In this document: positions 10,172 to 19,352 of the stretch, in pieces
Position numbering within the stretch: the first letter of the stretch is position 1
How the letters are laid out: each line of letters begins with the position of its first letter
Sequence record: LC727701.1
DNA: 64,000 nucleotides
Strand: one strand, 5' to 3'
Program-made: the position numbers and the translations under genes
The notes under the pieces: generated by a model
The model's database searches: none
The model's input: only the letters and a program-made list of their open reading frames with translations
What the model was told of the DNA's origin: nothing

Positions 10172-11519
10172 TGATCAAGTATTACCTGCTTTCCGATACA
10201 AAGTAGGTGAAGAGGATATGATCAGTATTCTCGATCCACTTGGTCGACCTGCACCTGCAAAGGTAGATGGTAAGCGACTAGTGGTACCTACTAAAGATTG
10301 GCTTCGTAAAGGGCTAGGCGATGATTACATCGCCTTCCACCCGCTATCTGAAAAGATCTCTCGGCTAGGTACTTCTCAAGTACTACAGCATATGCAGCGT
10401 CAAGTTAAGGCTAATCTAATGTTTACTGTGAAGTATCTTACTTCACGTATTTTAGAAGTAGCTGCCGACTCCACTCTGCATAAAGACATTCCACCAGAAT
10501 GTTCAGACTTCCTAAAGAAACTATCCGGTGCTAAGCCAGATACCATTGAGTGGTTTAATAAGGTTGTCAAAGCTGCTGAAAAACGTTCACGTTTTGTAAG
10601 CGTGTATCTAAAAGCAAATGGTAAATTTGATGGGAAGACAGTTAACCGTATCTGCGTTATTCGGTTCCCTATCGTAGAGGATCTTTATTCTAAAGATGAT
10701 ATCCTTGGAGTAAATGTACCTAAGAAACAGCGGCCAGTTCTAATCGAACTATTTAAACTAGTTGTACCATTTGGTGATTCACCAACTGAATATTCAGCAG
10801 GAACAGTTGAGCGGGTAGCACCTTATTTTGTATGTCTTATCCAGGCATTTAACAAAATCACTACTCAACTAAATAGTGTTATTGATAAGTATCGCCTGAT
10901 CTTCGATGATGCTATTCAACCTTATTCAAAAGTTGATGAGAAGGTGATTGCTGATTTTGCAAAGATGCAACGTGAGATCCCCTCTCTTGATGGTAATGAA
11001 GGAGTCAGCAATGAAGTAGAAGAAGAAGCTTCTGAAACTGTAAACCCAGTTGCCCAAATTCCTGTCCAGAAAAAGGATAGTGTAGTTAAAGTGGGTAATA
11101 CTGCTAAAGAACAAACTACTTCTACACGTGTACCAGTAGGCACAACTGTGAATGTTAATCCATCTATGAGTCAAGCTGTAGCAATGACTCAGGCACCTCA
11201 ACGTCCCGCACAACAAGTTCAAACTAGCAATAAAGCATCTATCCAAGATCTTCTAAACGCTGGGCAGAAAAACCAATTTGCTCAACCCGGAATGATGCAA
11301 CAACCTGTTATGATGAACAATAACTTTGCAATGCCTGGGATGATGCAGCCACAGCAACCAATGATGGCTAATATGCATCCGCAAATGATGCAACTCATGG
11401 GCAATCAAATGCCGATGGGTGGTGGATTTGCACAAGCACTAAACCCCGCTCTAGCTGGTAATGGTAACACCGCGATGATGAATCTAGGTGGAAACCAAAT
11501 GATGGGGCGTCTACTGTAA
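10140..11519 (+). CDS. Conserved protein gp70 with M/Q/P/N/G-rich disordered C-terminus
   Basis: Follows picA; the last ~110 aa are low complexity (QPGMMQQPVMMNNNFAMPGMMQPQQ...). Confidence 0.75.
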   Translation: MPTISLSKFYSDQVLPAFRYKVGEEDMISILDPLGRPAPAKVDGKRLVVPTKDWLRKGLGDDYIAFHPLSEKISRLGTSQVLQHMQRQVKANLMFTVKYLTSRILEVAADSTLHKDIPPECSDFLKKLSGAKPDTIEWFNKVVKAAEKRSRFVSVYLKANGKFDGKTVNRICVIRFPIVEDLYSKDDILGVNVPKKQRPVLIELFKLVVPFGDSPTEYSAGTVERVAPYFVCLIQAFNKITTQLNSVIDKYRLIFDDAIQPYSKVDEKVIADFAKMQREIPSLDGNEGVSNEVEEEASETVNPVAQIPVQKKDSVVKVGNTAKEQTTSTRVPVGTTVNVNPSMSQAVAMTQAPQRPAQQVQTSNKASIQDLLNAGQKNQFAQPGMMQQPVMMNNNFAMPGMMQPQQPMMANMHPQMMQLMGNQMPMGGGFAQALNPALAGNGNTAMMNLGGNQMMGRLL

Positions 11520-11530
11520 CACGGCATAAA

Positions 11531-11554
11531 CCAGGGGGCCTAAGGGTCCCCTGG
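11531..11554. terminator. Bidirectional terminator between convergent genes
   Basis: CCAGGGG-GCC TAA GGGT-CCCCTGG between the stops at 11519 (+) and 11561 (-). Confidence 0.65.
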
Positions 11555-11560
11555 CTTGCT

Positions 11561-11923
11561 TTAAAACTTTTTAGTTTGATATAGGCTAACGAGGTGTTGA
11601 ATCATGTCGTTATTCGGTATGATTAAATAGCTGGTGTAATCATTAGCTGAAGGATCCCTTAGAACTTTACCAAAATCATAAGGGCTAACTAAACCATTAA
11701 CACGCATTTGAATCCACCACATATCAGGATTGACACGGCGTTCTGCCATGTATCCATAAAAGTTTCCTTCGAACTGGTAATACAGTTCAGGTGGAATTTG
11801 AATACGTGTGGATCTGACATTACGTAAGATATTCAAATGAGTCTCAATAATTAATCTGAACCCTGGTTCATAATAAACAGATTCACCTGAATCTGGCTGA
11901 TTAGCTAACAGTGTGAATGCCAT
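11561..11923 (-). CDS. Small conserved protein, possibly T4 gp53/LysM-like baseplate wedge subunit
   Basis: WWIQMRVNGLVSPYDF resembles the WWxIxxxNxxxxP motif of gp53/LysM-type baseplate proteins; the family call is inference. Confidence 0.5.
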   Translation of the reverse strand: MAFTLLANQPDSGESVYYEPGFRLIIETHLNILRNVRSTRIQIPPELYYQFEGNFYGYMAERRVNPDMWWIQMRVNGLVSPYDFGKVLRDPSANDYTSYLIIPNNDMIQHLVSLYQTKKF

Positions 11924-11953
11924 AACAAATTCCAATAAATTTTATTTAAGATC

Positions 11954-11961
11954 TATATCAT
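11954..11961 (+). promoter_or_regulatory. Early-type promoter variant TATATCAT upstream of gp71-73
   Basis: Same GATC-TATATyA context as the gp68 promoter. Confidence 0.5.
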
Positions 11962-12099
11962 TGATTTGTAATTAGTAAACAGGAGGTATGTAATTGGTGA
12001 TACCAGACATTGAAGTCTTACAAAAGGCTATATCTAAAAACAGTGCAAATAAGAAATATAGTAGTACTGCATCTTGTCTAATTAATGGTGATAAACAAA

Positions 12100-13278
12100 A
12101 TGGCTGAACTAGGTAAACGTGAAATTGATCTAACCCTATTAGGGCATACTGGTTTAGATCCTTGGTATGGCACTACCTCATCTGCACGGGGTGCTATGTT
12201 TGTAACACATATTGGCCAGGCACCAGAAGTAAATGGAAATGAATCGCGTTATTTCCTAACGGGTGCTGAATTAGAGTATGCCAAGTATACACATGATGTT
12301 CGTTTTCCTGAGGATTGTCGTGTACTACATGTTCTTAGAAAATATCCAACGGGTATTGGTAAAGACAGTATTAGATCTAACCCGGTAACAACTATTATCT
12401 ACGAAAACTATTTTGACAAATATAAAACCATTGGTGTCTTACATGTTCCCGAGTACATGAGTCATCACCAAGACTTTGGTTATGAACTTGTAAAGAATCG
12501 AGAAGTGTGGGAAACCATTGCCCCAAATGAAATGTTCTCTAAAGACACAGTGATTGCACAGTCTGGTGCAGTTAAGAAAGACGGTACTTTAGGGATGGGT
12601 GTTAATGCTAATGTTGTATTCCTATCTGCCGCTGGTACCATTGAAGATGGATTCGTAGCTAATAAGAATTTCCTTAAAAGGATGATGCCAACTAGTTATA
12701 GCACGGCTGTAGCTAATGCTGGTAGGAAAGCTTTCTTCTTAAACATGTATGGCGATGATAAGGTCTATAAACCATTCCCAGACATTGGCGATGTTATCCG
12801 ACCAGATGGTGTAATCTTCGCCATCCGTGACCATGATGATGATCTAGCTCCTGCCGAGATGACTCCTAGGGCACTTCGTACACTAGATAGAACTTTCGAT
12901 AGAGCTGTTATTGGCACACCTGGTGCGAAGGTTATTGATATTGATATTTGGCGTGATGAGCGTGTAAATCCATCCCCTACTCCAACAGGAATGGATGCAC
13001 AACTAGTTAAATATCATACTCATCTTAGCAGTTATTATCGAGAACTATTAAAGATCTATCGTGGTCTATTAGCACGTCGTAAAGATGATCTACATATCAC
13101 TGAGGAATTTGAACGTCTTATTGTAACTGCACAGATGTTCCTACCTCAACCTGATAATGTCCGTAAACTATCTCGATTCTATCGACTAGACCCACTAGAT
13201 GAATGGCGAGTCGAAGTAACTTACAAAGCCCAAAAGATGCCTGCTGGTGCTTTCAAGATGACTGATTTTCATGGTGGT
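12100..13278 (+). CDS. nvRNAP beta C-terminal subunit gp71-73, exon 1
   Basis: REIDLTLLGHTGLDPWYG...AFKMTDFHGG recognised as phiKZ gp71; it breaks inside the conserved beta K..HG.KG motif. Confidence 0.92.
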
Positions 13279-13585
13279 AATTAATATCCATCCATCTCTC
13301 AGGAATGGATATTGTCAAATTGCCTGCTTGATCTCGAAAGAGTCAAGTAAATCCTCTCTAATTGCTGGGACATCTCAATGAGACAATCAGCAGCGAAGCT
13401 TTCCAGAAATGGATTGAACGTTCAACGACTATCCGGTTACGCGGAGTACACTCAAGCGAGTGGAAATGGGAGGGACCTGACCACCTAGGGTGAAGGTTAA
13501 GATATAGTCTGGTCTGCATGGTGACATGCAGCTGCCTGCAATACGAGAGGCGGGGTAAGCGTAGCGAACTTACCTGAACATAACG
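13279..13585 (+). ncRNA. Group I self-splicing intron, 307 nt, without a homing-endonuclease ORF
   Basis: Exon ends in U and intron ends in G; P AATTGCTGGGA 13360, Q AATCAGCAG 13385, R GTTCAACGACTAT 13420, S AAGATATAGTCT 13499; P1 GGU^AAUU pairs with AAUUGCC (13318-24) with a U-G pair at the splice site; removal restores the in-frame HGG-KGVICKVM. Confidence 0.93.
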
Positions 13586-14509
13586 AAGGGCGTCATCTGT
13601 AAGGTAATGGAAGATGAAGATATGCCTATTGACGAAAATGGTAATAGGGCAGATCTAATTATCTTTGGTGGTTCAACCATGCGTCGTTCAAATTATGGTC
13701 GAATTTATGAACATGGTTTTGGCGCAGCTGCACGAGATCTAGCTCAACGCCTACGCGTTGAAGCTGGACTAGATCGACATGCCAAACCAACCCAGCAACA
13801 ACTAAATAGTGTAATGGGTAATACGCAATGGGTTGATTATGCATTTAAAGAACTATTAGGTTTCTATGAGATCATTGCTCCAACAATGCATAGTAAAATG
13901 ATGGAACACCCAAATCCAGCAGAACATGTTAAAACAGTACTAATGGATGGATTCCCATATATCTACGCACCAGTTGATGATCCAGTGGATCTAATGGCAG
14001 CAGTCAACAAATTAATTAATAGCGATAAGTATCGACCACACTATGGGAAGGTATCTTATCGAGATCAAGCTGGTAAGTGGGTAACAACTAAAGATAATGT
14101 CTTAATGGGTCCACTTTACATGATGCTACTAGAAAAGATTGGTGAAGACTGGTCAGCAGCAGCATCTGTAAAAACACAACCATTTGGTCTACCTTCTAAG
14201 TTAAACAATGCTGATAGGGCTAGCACACCTGGTCGAGAAACAGCTATCCGGTCATTCGGTGAATCTGAAACTCGGTCATATAACTGTACAGTTGGTCCAG
14301 GTCCGACTGCTGAAATCTTAGACCAAACTAATAACCCATTGGCGCATGCTGCGGTTATCGAGTCTTGGCTAACAGCAGAAAAACCTTCATCTGTACCAGT
14401 TGCAGTTGATCGTGAAAAGATTCCATTTGGTGGATCTCGCCCAGTAGCTATGTTTGATCACCTGCTTGAATGTAGTGGTATTGCATTAGAATATGCCCCT
14501 GATCATTGA
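13586..14509 (+). CDS. nvRNAP beta C-terminal subunit gp71-73, exon 2
   Basis: KGVICKVMEDEDMPIDENGNRADLII matches the beta-subunit region; FGESE matches the beta clamp motif. Confidence 0.92.
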   Translation, partial: KGVICKVMEDEDMPIDENGNRADLIIFGGSTMRRSNYGRIYEHGFGAAARDLAQRLRVEAGLDRHAKPTQQQLNSVMGNTQWVDYAFKELLGFYEIIAPTMHSKMMEHPNPAEHVKTVLMDGFPYIYAPVDDPVDLMAAVNKLINSDKYRPHYGKVSYRDQAGKWVTTKDNVLMGPLYMMLLEKIGEDWSAAASVKTQPFGLPSKLNNADRASTPGRETAIRSFGESETRSYNCTVGPGPTAEILDQTNNPLAHAAVIESWLTAEKPSSVPVAVDREKIPFGGSRPVAMFDHLLECSGIALEYAPDH

Positions 14510-14539
14510 TCAGGGGTTTAATAATACAAGAGGTAAATA

Positions 14540-16573
14540 ATGAATCTTAATCGTTATAAAGCGCGTGATCTTCTAAATCTAAGTTATGATGATTTATGGT
14601 CACTCCCTTCAGAATGGCATCTAATCGAATTTGATGATGGTAAAACGGTTGTGTCAGTTGACCGTATTACCAAATTATCCGTTCTGTGTTGGTATCCTCT
14701 TAAACATTATAAAGATTGCCCAATTCCATCTGATCACCATATCGATTTCAATCGCATCTTAACTGATAACCCTAAAGATTATCTAAATGTTGAAGGTGGC
14801 CGAGTAACATCTAAGGCCATGGTTAAGCATTTAAATAAGGCTATTTGGAACATCTATGATTGGTCAGGTGAAACAGTAGATCCTGAAGTACTATCTAAAC
14901 TGGCTATTGAAGGTAAGAACTGGCTGTATAATCAGACCACTGTGAAACTGTCTGAATATCTAGCAACCTTGTCGATGTTTGATATTGCTGAAGTATATAA
15001 TCATCCCAAGGTACGTGAGGCTAACCATAATATCGAACCAACTACTTATGGTATCGAAAAAATTAGTTATGGTAAAGTCAAAGAAGTATTTAATGATCCT
15101 ACCCAATTCATTGGTAACAGCATCATTGAAGGTCTTCGTTCTGGTACTCAGAAAACTGAACAGCTTCTACAAGCATTTGCTTGGCGGGGCTTTCCAACTG
15201 ACATTAACTCAGATATCTTTAAATATCCGGTAACAACTGGTTATATTGATGGTATTTGGAATCTGTATGAGAATATGATTGAATCTCGTTCAGGTACTAA
15301 AGCGCTACTATATAACAAAGAACTACTGCGAGTAACTGAATACTTTAACCGGAAATCTCAGCTTATTGCACAATATGTCCAAAGGCTACATCCTGGTGAT
15401 TGTAAGACCACAATCTTAGCTGAGTATCCTGTAACTAAGTTAACTTTAAAAGCATTCAAAGGAAAATATTATCAAAAAGAAGATGGTAAACTAGACTGGA
15501 TCCATGGAAATGAAACACACCTAATTGGAACTAAACAGAAATTCAGGTCTGTATTTGGATGTAATCATCCAGATAGTCAGGGTATCTGTATGACTTGTTA
15601 TGGCCGACTAGGTATCAATATTCCAAAAGGAACTAATATCGGTCAGGTTGCTGCCGTATCGATGGGTGACAAAATTACTTCAGCAGTATTGTCTACTAAA
15701 CACACCGATGCGTCTTCTGCTGTAGAACAATATAAACTTGGCAAAATTGAAAGTAATTATTTAAGAACAGGTGAAATCCCAGAGACACTATATCTAAAGA
15801 AAGAACTTACTCAGAAGGATTATCGTTTAGTAATCGCACGGTCAGAGGCAGAAAACCTTGCTGACATTTTAATGATTGATGACCTTACTGCATATCCAGC
15901 TACTTCAGCTACTGAACTAACCAGCCTGGCCCTAGTCTATGATGATGAGGTGAATGGTGAATGTGGTGATGTTCTGACTGTGTCGCTGTATAACCGTAGG
16001 GCTAGTCTATCTATTGAAATGCTAAAGCATATTAAGATGGTCCGTTGGGAACTAGATCAGCGAGACAATATCGTCATTAGTCTTCGTGGTTTTGATTTTA
16101 ACCTACCATTCTTAACGCTACCAAATAAGCACGTAAACATGTATGAAGTAATGAAACGATTCCAAAGTTTCTTACATTCCGGTAGTGACTCAGCCGAGGC
16201 AGGTAAACTAAGCACTGAGAAAGTTGGATATACGTCTAAAACGTATCTTAAAAACTACAAGTCACCAATTGAAGCACTACCTGTATTTGCAACAATGGCT
16301 AATGAAAAGATTAGCCTTAATATTTCCCATTGTGAGATCTTGATATACGCTATGATGATCCGTTCAGCTCAATATCGAGACTATCGCTTACCTAAACCCG
16401 GTATTAATGGCCAATTTGAAAAATATAATAGGCTAATGCAATGTCGTAGTTTAGGTGGTGCGATGGCTTTCGAAAAGCAGCATGAGCCACTAAATAACCC
16501 AGGCAGTTTCCTTAACAAGATGAGGAATGACCATCCATATGACTTACTAGTTAAAGGTGGCAAACTGCTCTAG
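14540..16573 (+). CDS. nvRNAP beta' C-terminal subunit gp74
   Basis: 677 aa; Zn-binding C...C...CMTCYG; GQVAAVSMGDKITSAVLSTKH resembles the beta' trigger loop; recognised as phiKZ gp74. Confidence 0.92.
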   Translation: MNLNRYKARDLLNLSYDDLWSLPSEWHLIEFDDGKTVVSVDRITKLSVLCWYPLKHYKDCPIPSDHHIDFNRILTDNPKDYLNVEGGRVTSKAMVKHLNKAIWNIYDWSGETVDPEVLSKLAIEGKNWLYNQTTVKLSEYLATLSMFDIAEVYNHPKVREANHNIEPTTYGIEKISYGKVKEVFNDPTQFIGNSIIEGLRSGTQKTEQLLQAFAWRGFPTDINSDIFKYPVTTGYIDGIWNLYENMIESRSGTKALLYNKELLRVTEYFNRKSQLIAQYVQRLHPGDCKTTILAEYPVTKLTLKAFKGKYYQKEDGKLDWIHGNETHLIGTKQKFRSVFGCNHPDSQGICMTCYGRLGINIPKGTNIGQVAAVSMGDKITSAVLSTKHTDASSAVEQYKLGKIESNYLRTGEIPETLYLKKELTQKDYRLVIARSEAENLADILMIDDLTAYPATSATELTSLALVYDDEVNGECGDVLTVSLYNRRASLSIEMLKHIKMVRWELDQRDNIVISLRGFDFNLPFLTLPNKHVNMYEVMKRFQSFLHSGSDSAEAGKLSTEKVGYTSKTYLKNYKSPIEALPVFATMANEKISLNISHCEILIYAMMIRSAQYRDYRLPKPGINGQFEKYNRLMQCRSLGGAMAFEKQHEPLNNPGSFLNKMRNDHPYDLLVKGGKLL

Positions 16574-16631
16574 ACGTGGAGGACGTGAGGTTTGGGGAGC
16601 ACTGCTCCCCTTACCGATCGTTGATTTTTTT

Positions 16632-18170
16632 ATGAAACCGATTCTTACAGCAGAACGATACACCCATGGTGTTCGTTTATCCGGTTACGATCGGGAAACA
16701 TACTTAAAGATGACTGGATATCTTAATAAACTGGTTTTAAAAGAACCTAAGAAGATACCTGGTCAACGCACCATAATGGAAATAAAGAAAAAATACTATG
16801 GTGAAACAGAAGATGGTAAATCTGTATTCATCCATCGTGAATGTCTTCAAGAACTTATTAATTATCTAGCCGATAAGAATATACCATCTACTAGAATTGA
16901 AATTGTAGATATTCCTGTACCAACAGCTGTTAAAGTAGACTATACTTTATTTGAACATTATGTTCTAAGGGATTATCAGGAAACCATCCGCGAAGATATT
17001 CTAAGACCACATTTACATTCAGCACGTGTTGATTTACAGACTGGTAAAGGTAAAACCTTAACTAGTTTAGCTTCAGTTGCAGTAATGAAAGAACGTGGTG
17101 TTGTTATGATTCCACCTAAATATTTCGGTATTTGGGAGAAAGCATTAAAAGAAACATTTGTTGGTTATGAAGATCAGCTAGGTATAAAATATTTAAAAGT
17201 ATCTGGATCTGCTGAGTTACAGAATCTAATTAATCGCGGACTAGAGAATGATTTAGAGGGTGTTGAAATTATTCTCATTAGTTCTACAACATACCGTGCA
17301 TATATCGATACTTTTGAACGATTAGGTGAAAAAATCGATGTAGTTGGATTTAATGTACCACCACCTAGATTCCATGAGGTTATTGGAGCAGGTTGGCAGA
17401 TCAATGATGAGATTCAAGAAGATCCAGGATTAGTATTTCGTACTGATCTATATACCAATGTCAATAAACAAATCTATTTATCAGCTACTCCATACACTGG
17501 TAATCAGTTTGTTACTAAAATGATTGATGTCATGCTACCTGCCACTACAAAGTGTAGGTTACCTGCATATGACTCATACATCAATGTTATTGGCTTGTTA
17601 TATAGTGAACCAACTATTAAACCTAAGGACTATTTAACTCCATTTAAAAATACATATAACCATGCTCGTTATGAAACAGTAATGATGAAGAATCCTAGGC
17701 GACTAGACTTCTATTTAAAGATGGTTAAACGTATTGTAGATGGCGTTTATATAAAGGATCGTATTGAAGGTCAGAAATGTTTGCTATTATGCGCGACTGT
17801 AAACTTTATCGATGTACTGACAGCTTATCTTAAGAAACAATATCCAGATCTTCAGATTAATAGACATGTTTCGGGTAGTCCGTATGATAGATTAATGACT
17901 AATGATATCACTGTATCAACTATTAAATCATCTGGTACTGGTGTTGATATTAGGAATTTAAGGGAAGTTATTCTATTACAAGCAACTGACTCTAAAAAGG
18001 ACAGCATCCAAATTCTTGGACGACTAAGACCATTGAAGAACTGGCCTGATGTAATACCAAGGTTAACATTCATGGTTTGTAATAACATACCTCATCATTG
18101 CAGATACGCTAGAAATAAAGAAAATCATTTCATGGGTAAAACTAAAAGTATGCGCATGATGCGTTTATAG
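16632..18170 (+). CDS. Superfamily 2 (UvsW/DEAD-like) helicase gp75
   Basis: LRDYQ, QTGKGKT (Walker A), NDEIQ, LSATP, SSGTGVD, QILGRLR motifs; start uncertain (16557 GTG or 16632 ATG). Confidence 0.88.
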   Translation: MKPILTAERYTHGVRLSGYDRETYLKMTGYLNKLVLKEPKKIPGQRTIMEIKKKYYGETEDGKSVFIHRECLQELINYLADKNIPSTRIEIVDIPVPTAVKVDYTLFEHYVLRDYQETIREDILRPHLHSARVDLQTGKGKTLTSLASVAVMKERGVVMIPPKYFGIWEKALKETFVGYEDQLGIKYLKVSGSAELQNLINRGLENDLEGVEIILISSTTYRAYIDTFERLGEKIDVVGFNVPPPRFHEVIGAGWQINDEIQEDPGLVFRTDLYTNVNKQIYLSATPYTGNQFVTKMIDVMLPATTKCRLPAYDSYINVIGLLYSEPTIKPKDYLTPFKNTYNHARYETVMMKNPRRLDFYLKMVKRIVDGVYIKDRIEGQKCLLLCATVNFIDVLTAYLKKQYPDLQINRHVSGSPYDRLMTNDITVSTIKSSGTGVDIRNLREVILLQATDSKKDSIQILGRLRPLKNWPDVIPRLTFMVCNNIPHHCRYARNKENHFMGKTKSMRMMRL

Positions 18171-18185
18171 TAAATGGCATAAATG

Positions 18186-18230
18186 ATCCCTCCCTTAGTT
18201 GGGAGGGATTATGCTTTTTTTATTTTTTGT
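18186..18230 (+). terminator. Rho-independent terminator after the helicase
   Basis: ATCCCTCCC-TTAGTT-GGGAGGGAT then TATGC and a T-run. Confidence 0.75.
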
Positions 18231-18250
18231 ATTTAAAGCATTTTAAACAG

Positions 18251-18258
18251 TATATCAC
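18251..18258 (+). promoter_or_regulatory. Early promoter TATATCAC
   Basis: TTTTAAACAG-TATATCAC-AAATGTGA, the same context as 54787 and 55975. Confidence 0.7.
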
Positions 18259-18287
18259 AAATGTGATAAAACTATAGGGTATTTACA

Positions 18288-18353
18288 ATGAAGAAAAAAT
18301 TGATTATGATTACAATTGTAGTTATAGCTTATAAACTATGGGAGTGGAAATAA
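18288..18353 (+). CDS. 21-aa hydrophobic micropeptide (not in ORF track)
   Basis: MKKKLIMITIVVIAYKLWEWK; AGGGT RBS; TAATG-coupled to the next gene. Confidence 0.5.
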   Translation: MKKKLIMITIVVIAYKLWEWK

Positions 18354-18610
18354 TGTATACAGTTGATCAGATCTTTGGTGCAACATGGCTTCTAGTCAGT
18401 ACTTTGATCTTAGTTGATATTCTTCTAACATGCATGCTGATATTTATTATTAAAACATATCTTGAGTTTAAAGATATCTTTAATAAAAGTGCATGCCAGT
18501 ACGCTATGCTTTTTCTCTCCGTAAGCATTGTATTAGTTACCATATGGGTAAGTACTATTGTTAGTTGCTGGACTAACTATACACTGACATGTACAACTTA
18601 TCTATTTTGA
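18353..18610 (+). CDS. Small two-TM membrane protein
   Basis: Two hydrophobic stretches; ATG 18353 overlaps the previous TAA. Confidence 0.7.
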   Translation: MYTVDQIFGATWLLVSTLILVDILLTCMLIFIIKTYLEFKDIFNKSACQYAMLFLSVSIVLVTIWVSTIVSCWTNYTLTCTTYLF

Positions 18611-18622
18611 TGAGGTGTCTAT

Positions 18623-18814
18623 ATGGCTCGGGTATTGTTATTTTTAGTACCACTATTAATTGCATTTAGTGGATTAATAACTTCAATTATATTTCTTGCT
18701 GCTGCTAAAACAATCAAACAAAAAGCAATGATTGTAAGTGGCTTGATTTGCAGTATGTTTACCCTTATGTTAGGGTTGTGGTTATTTAATATGATAATCA
18801 TGCATATTAAATAG
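18623..18814 (+). CDS. Small two-TM membrane protein
   Basis: GAGGTG RBS; 63 aa with two hydrophobic helices. Confidence 0.7.
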   Translation: MARVLLFLVPLLIAFSGLITSIIFLAAAKTIKQKAMIVSGLICSMFTLMLGLWLFNMIIMHIK

Positions 18815-18869
18815 ACATGCTATGTAAGAACAATTGATCATTGTTCTCTAATAATAAGAGCATCCCACT

Positions 18870-19064
18870 ATGGTCTTTTTGTGTCAACTTATAGTAATAG
18901 CCCTTGTGGCTAGTATGGGATATAAAAGTTATCAGATTTATCTTTATGTCAAGTTTGACTTAGATAAAGATAGTATTAAATCCCGGTATGTTCGCCAAAA
19001 GACACTGCTTGTTGTTTTATATGGCTTCTTTGCTTTATTCCCATTAGGATATCTGATGGTTTAA
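18870..19064 (+). CDS. Small two-TM membrane protein
   Basis: 64 aa with hydrophobic N- and C-terminal helices. Confidence 0.65.
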   Translation: MVFLCQLIVIALVASMGYKSYQIYLYVKFDLDKDSIKSRYVRQKTLLVVLYGFFALFPLGYLMV

Positions 19065-19159
19065 TAAATATTACCCCGCCTTTTATTGGTGGGGTAATAT
19101 GCCATCTTTATATCAAAAGACTTTTGAATATCATATCCCACCCTGATAAGGAGTAGACC

Positions 19160-19303
19160 ATGCAAGTACGAATTGAGGTAATCAATAGTGAGGGCAATCT
19201 GGATATCGAAGAACGGGTTGATATCCGCCCAATGAAGGGGTTAACGGCCTGGATGGTCGCTCTAGCTATCAAAGGTCTTGTAGCTAGCTTTGCACGTAAG
19301 TAA
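19160..19303 (+). CDS. 47-aa hypothetical protein (not in ORF track)
   Basis: AAGGAG RBS; MQVRIEVINSEGNLDIEERVDIRPMKGLTAWMVALAIKGLVASFARK; followed by a hairpin. Confidence 0.7.
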   Translation: MQVRIEVINSEGNLDIEERVDIRPMKGLTAWMVALAIKGLVASFARK

Positions 19304-19352
19304 GGCGACATAAACCCCTCTCCACATGGAGAGGGGCCTGTCTTTATTTTTT

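Noticed and set aside
13285-13585. Possible homing endonuclease or tRNA-like element in the gp71/gp73 gap
   Set aside because: There is no ORF, and the helices are accounted for by the group I core.
12085-14509. Treating gp71 and gp73 as separate genes or a pseudogene
   Set aside because: Exact in-frame restoration of HGGKG by removing 13279-13585 supports a spliced gene.
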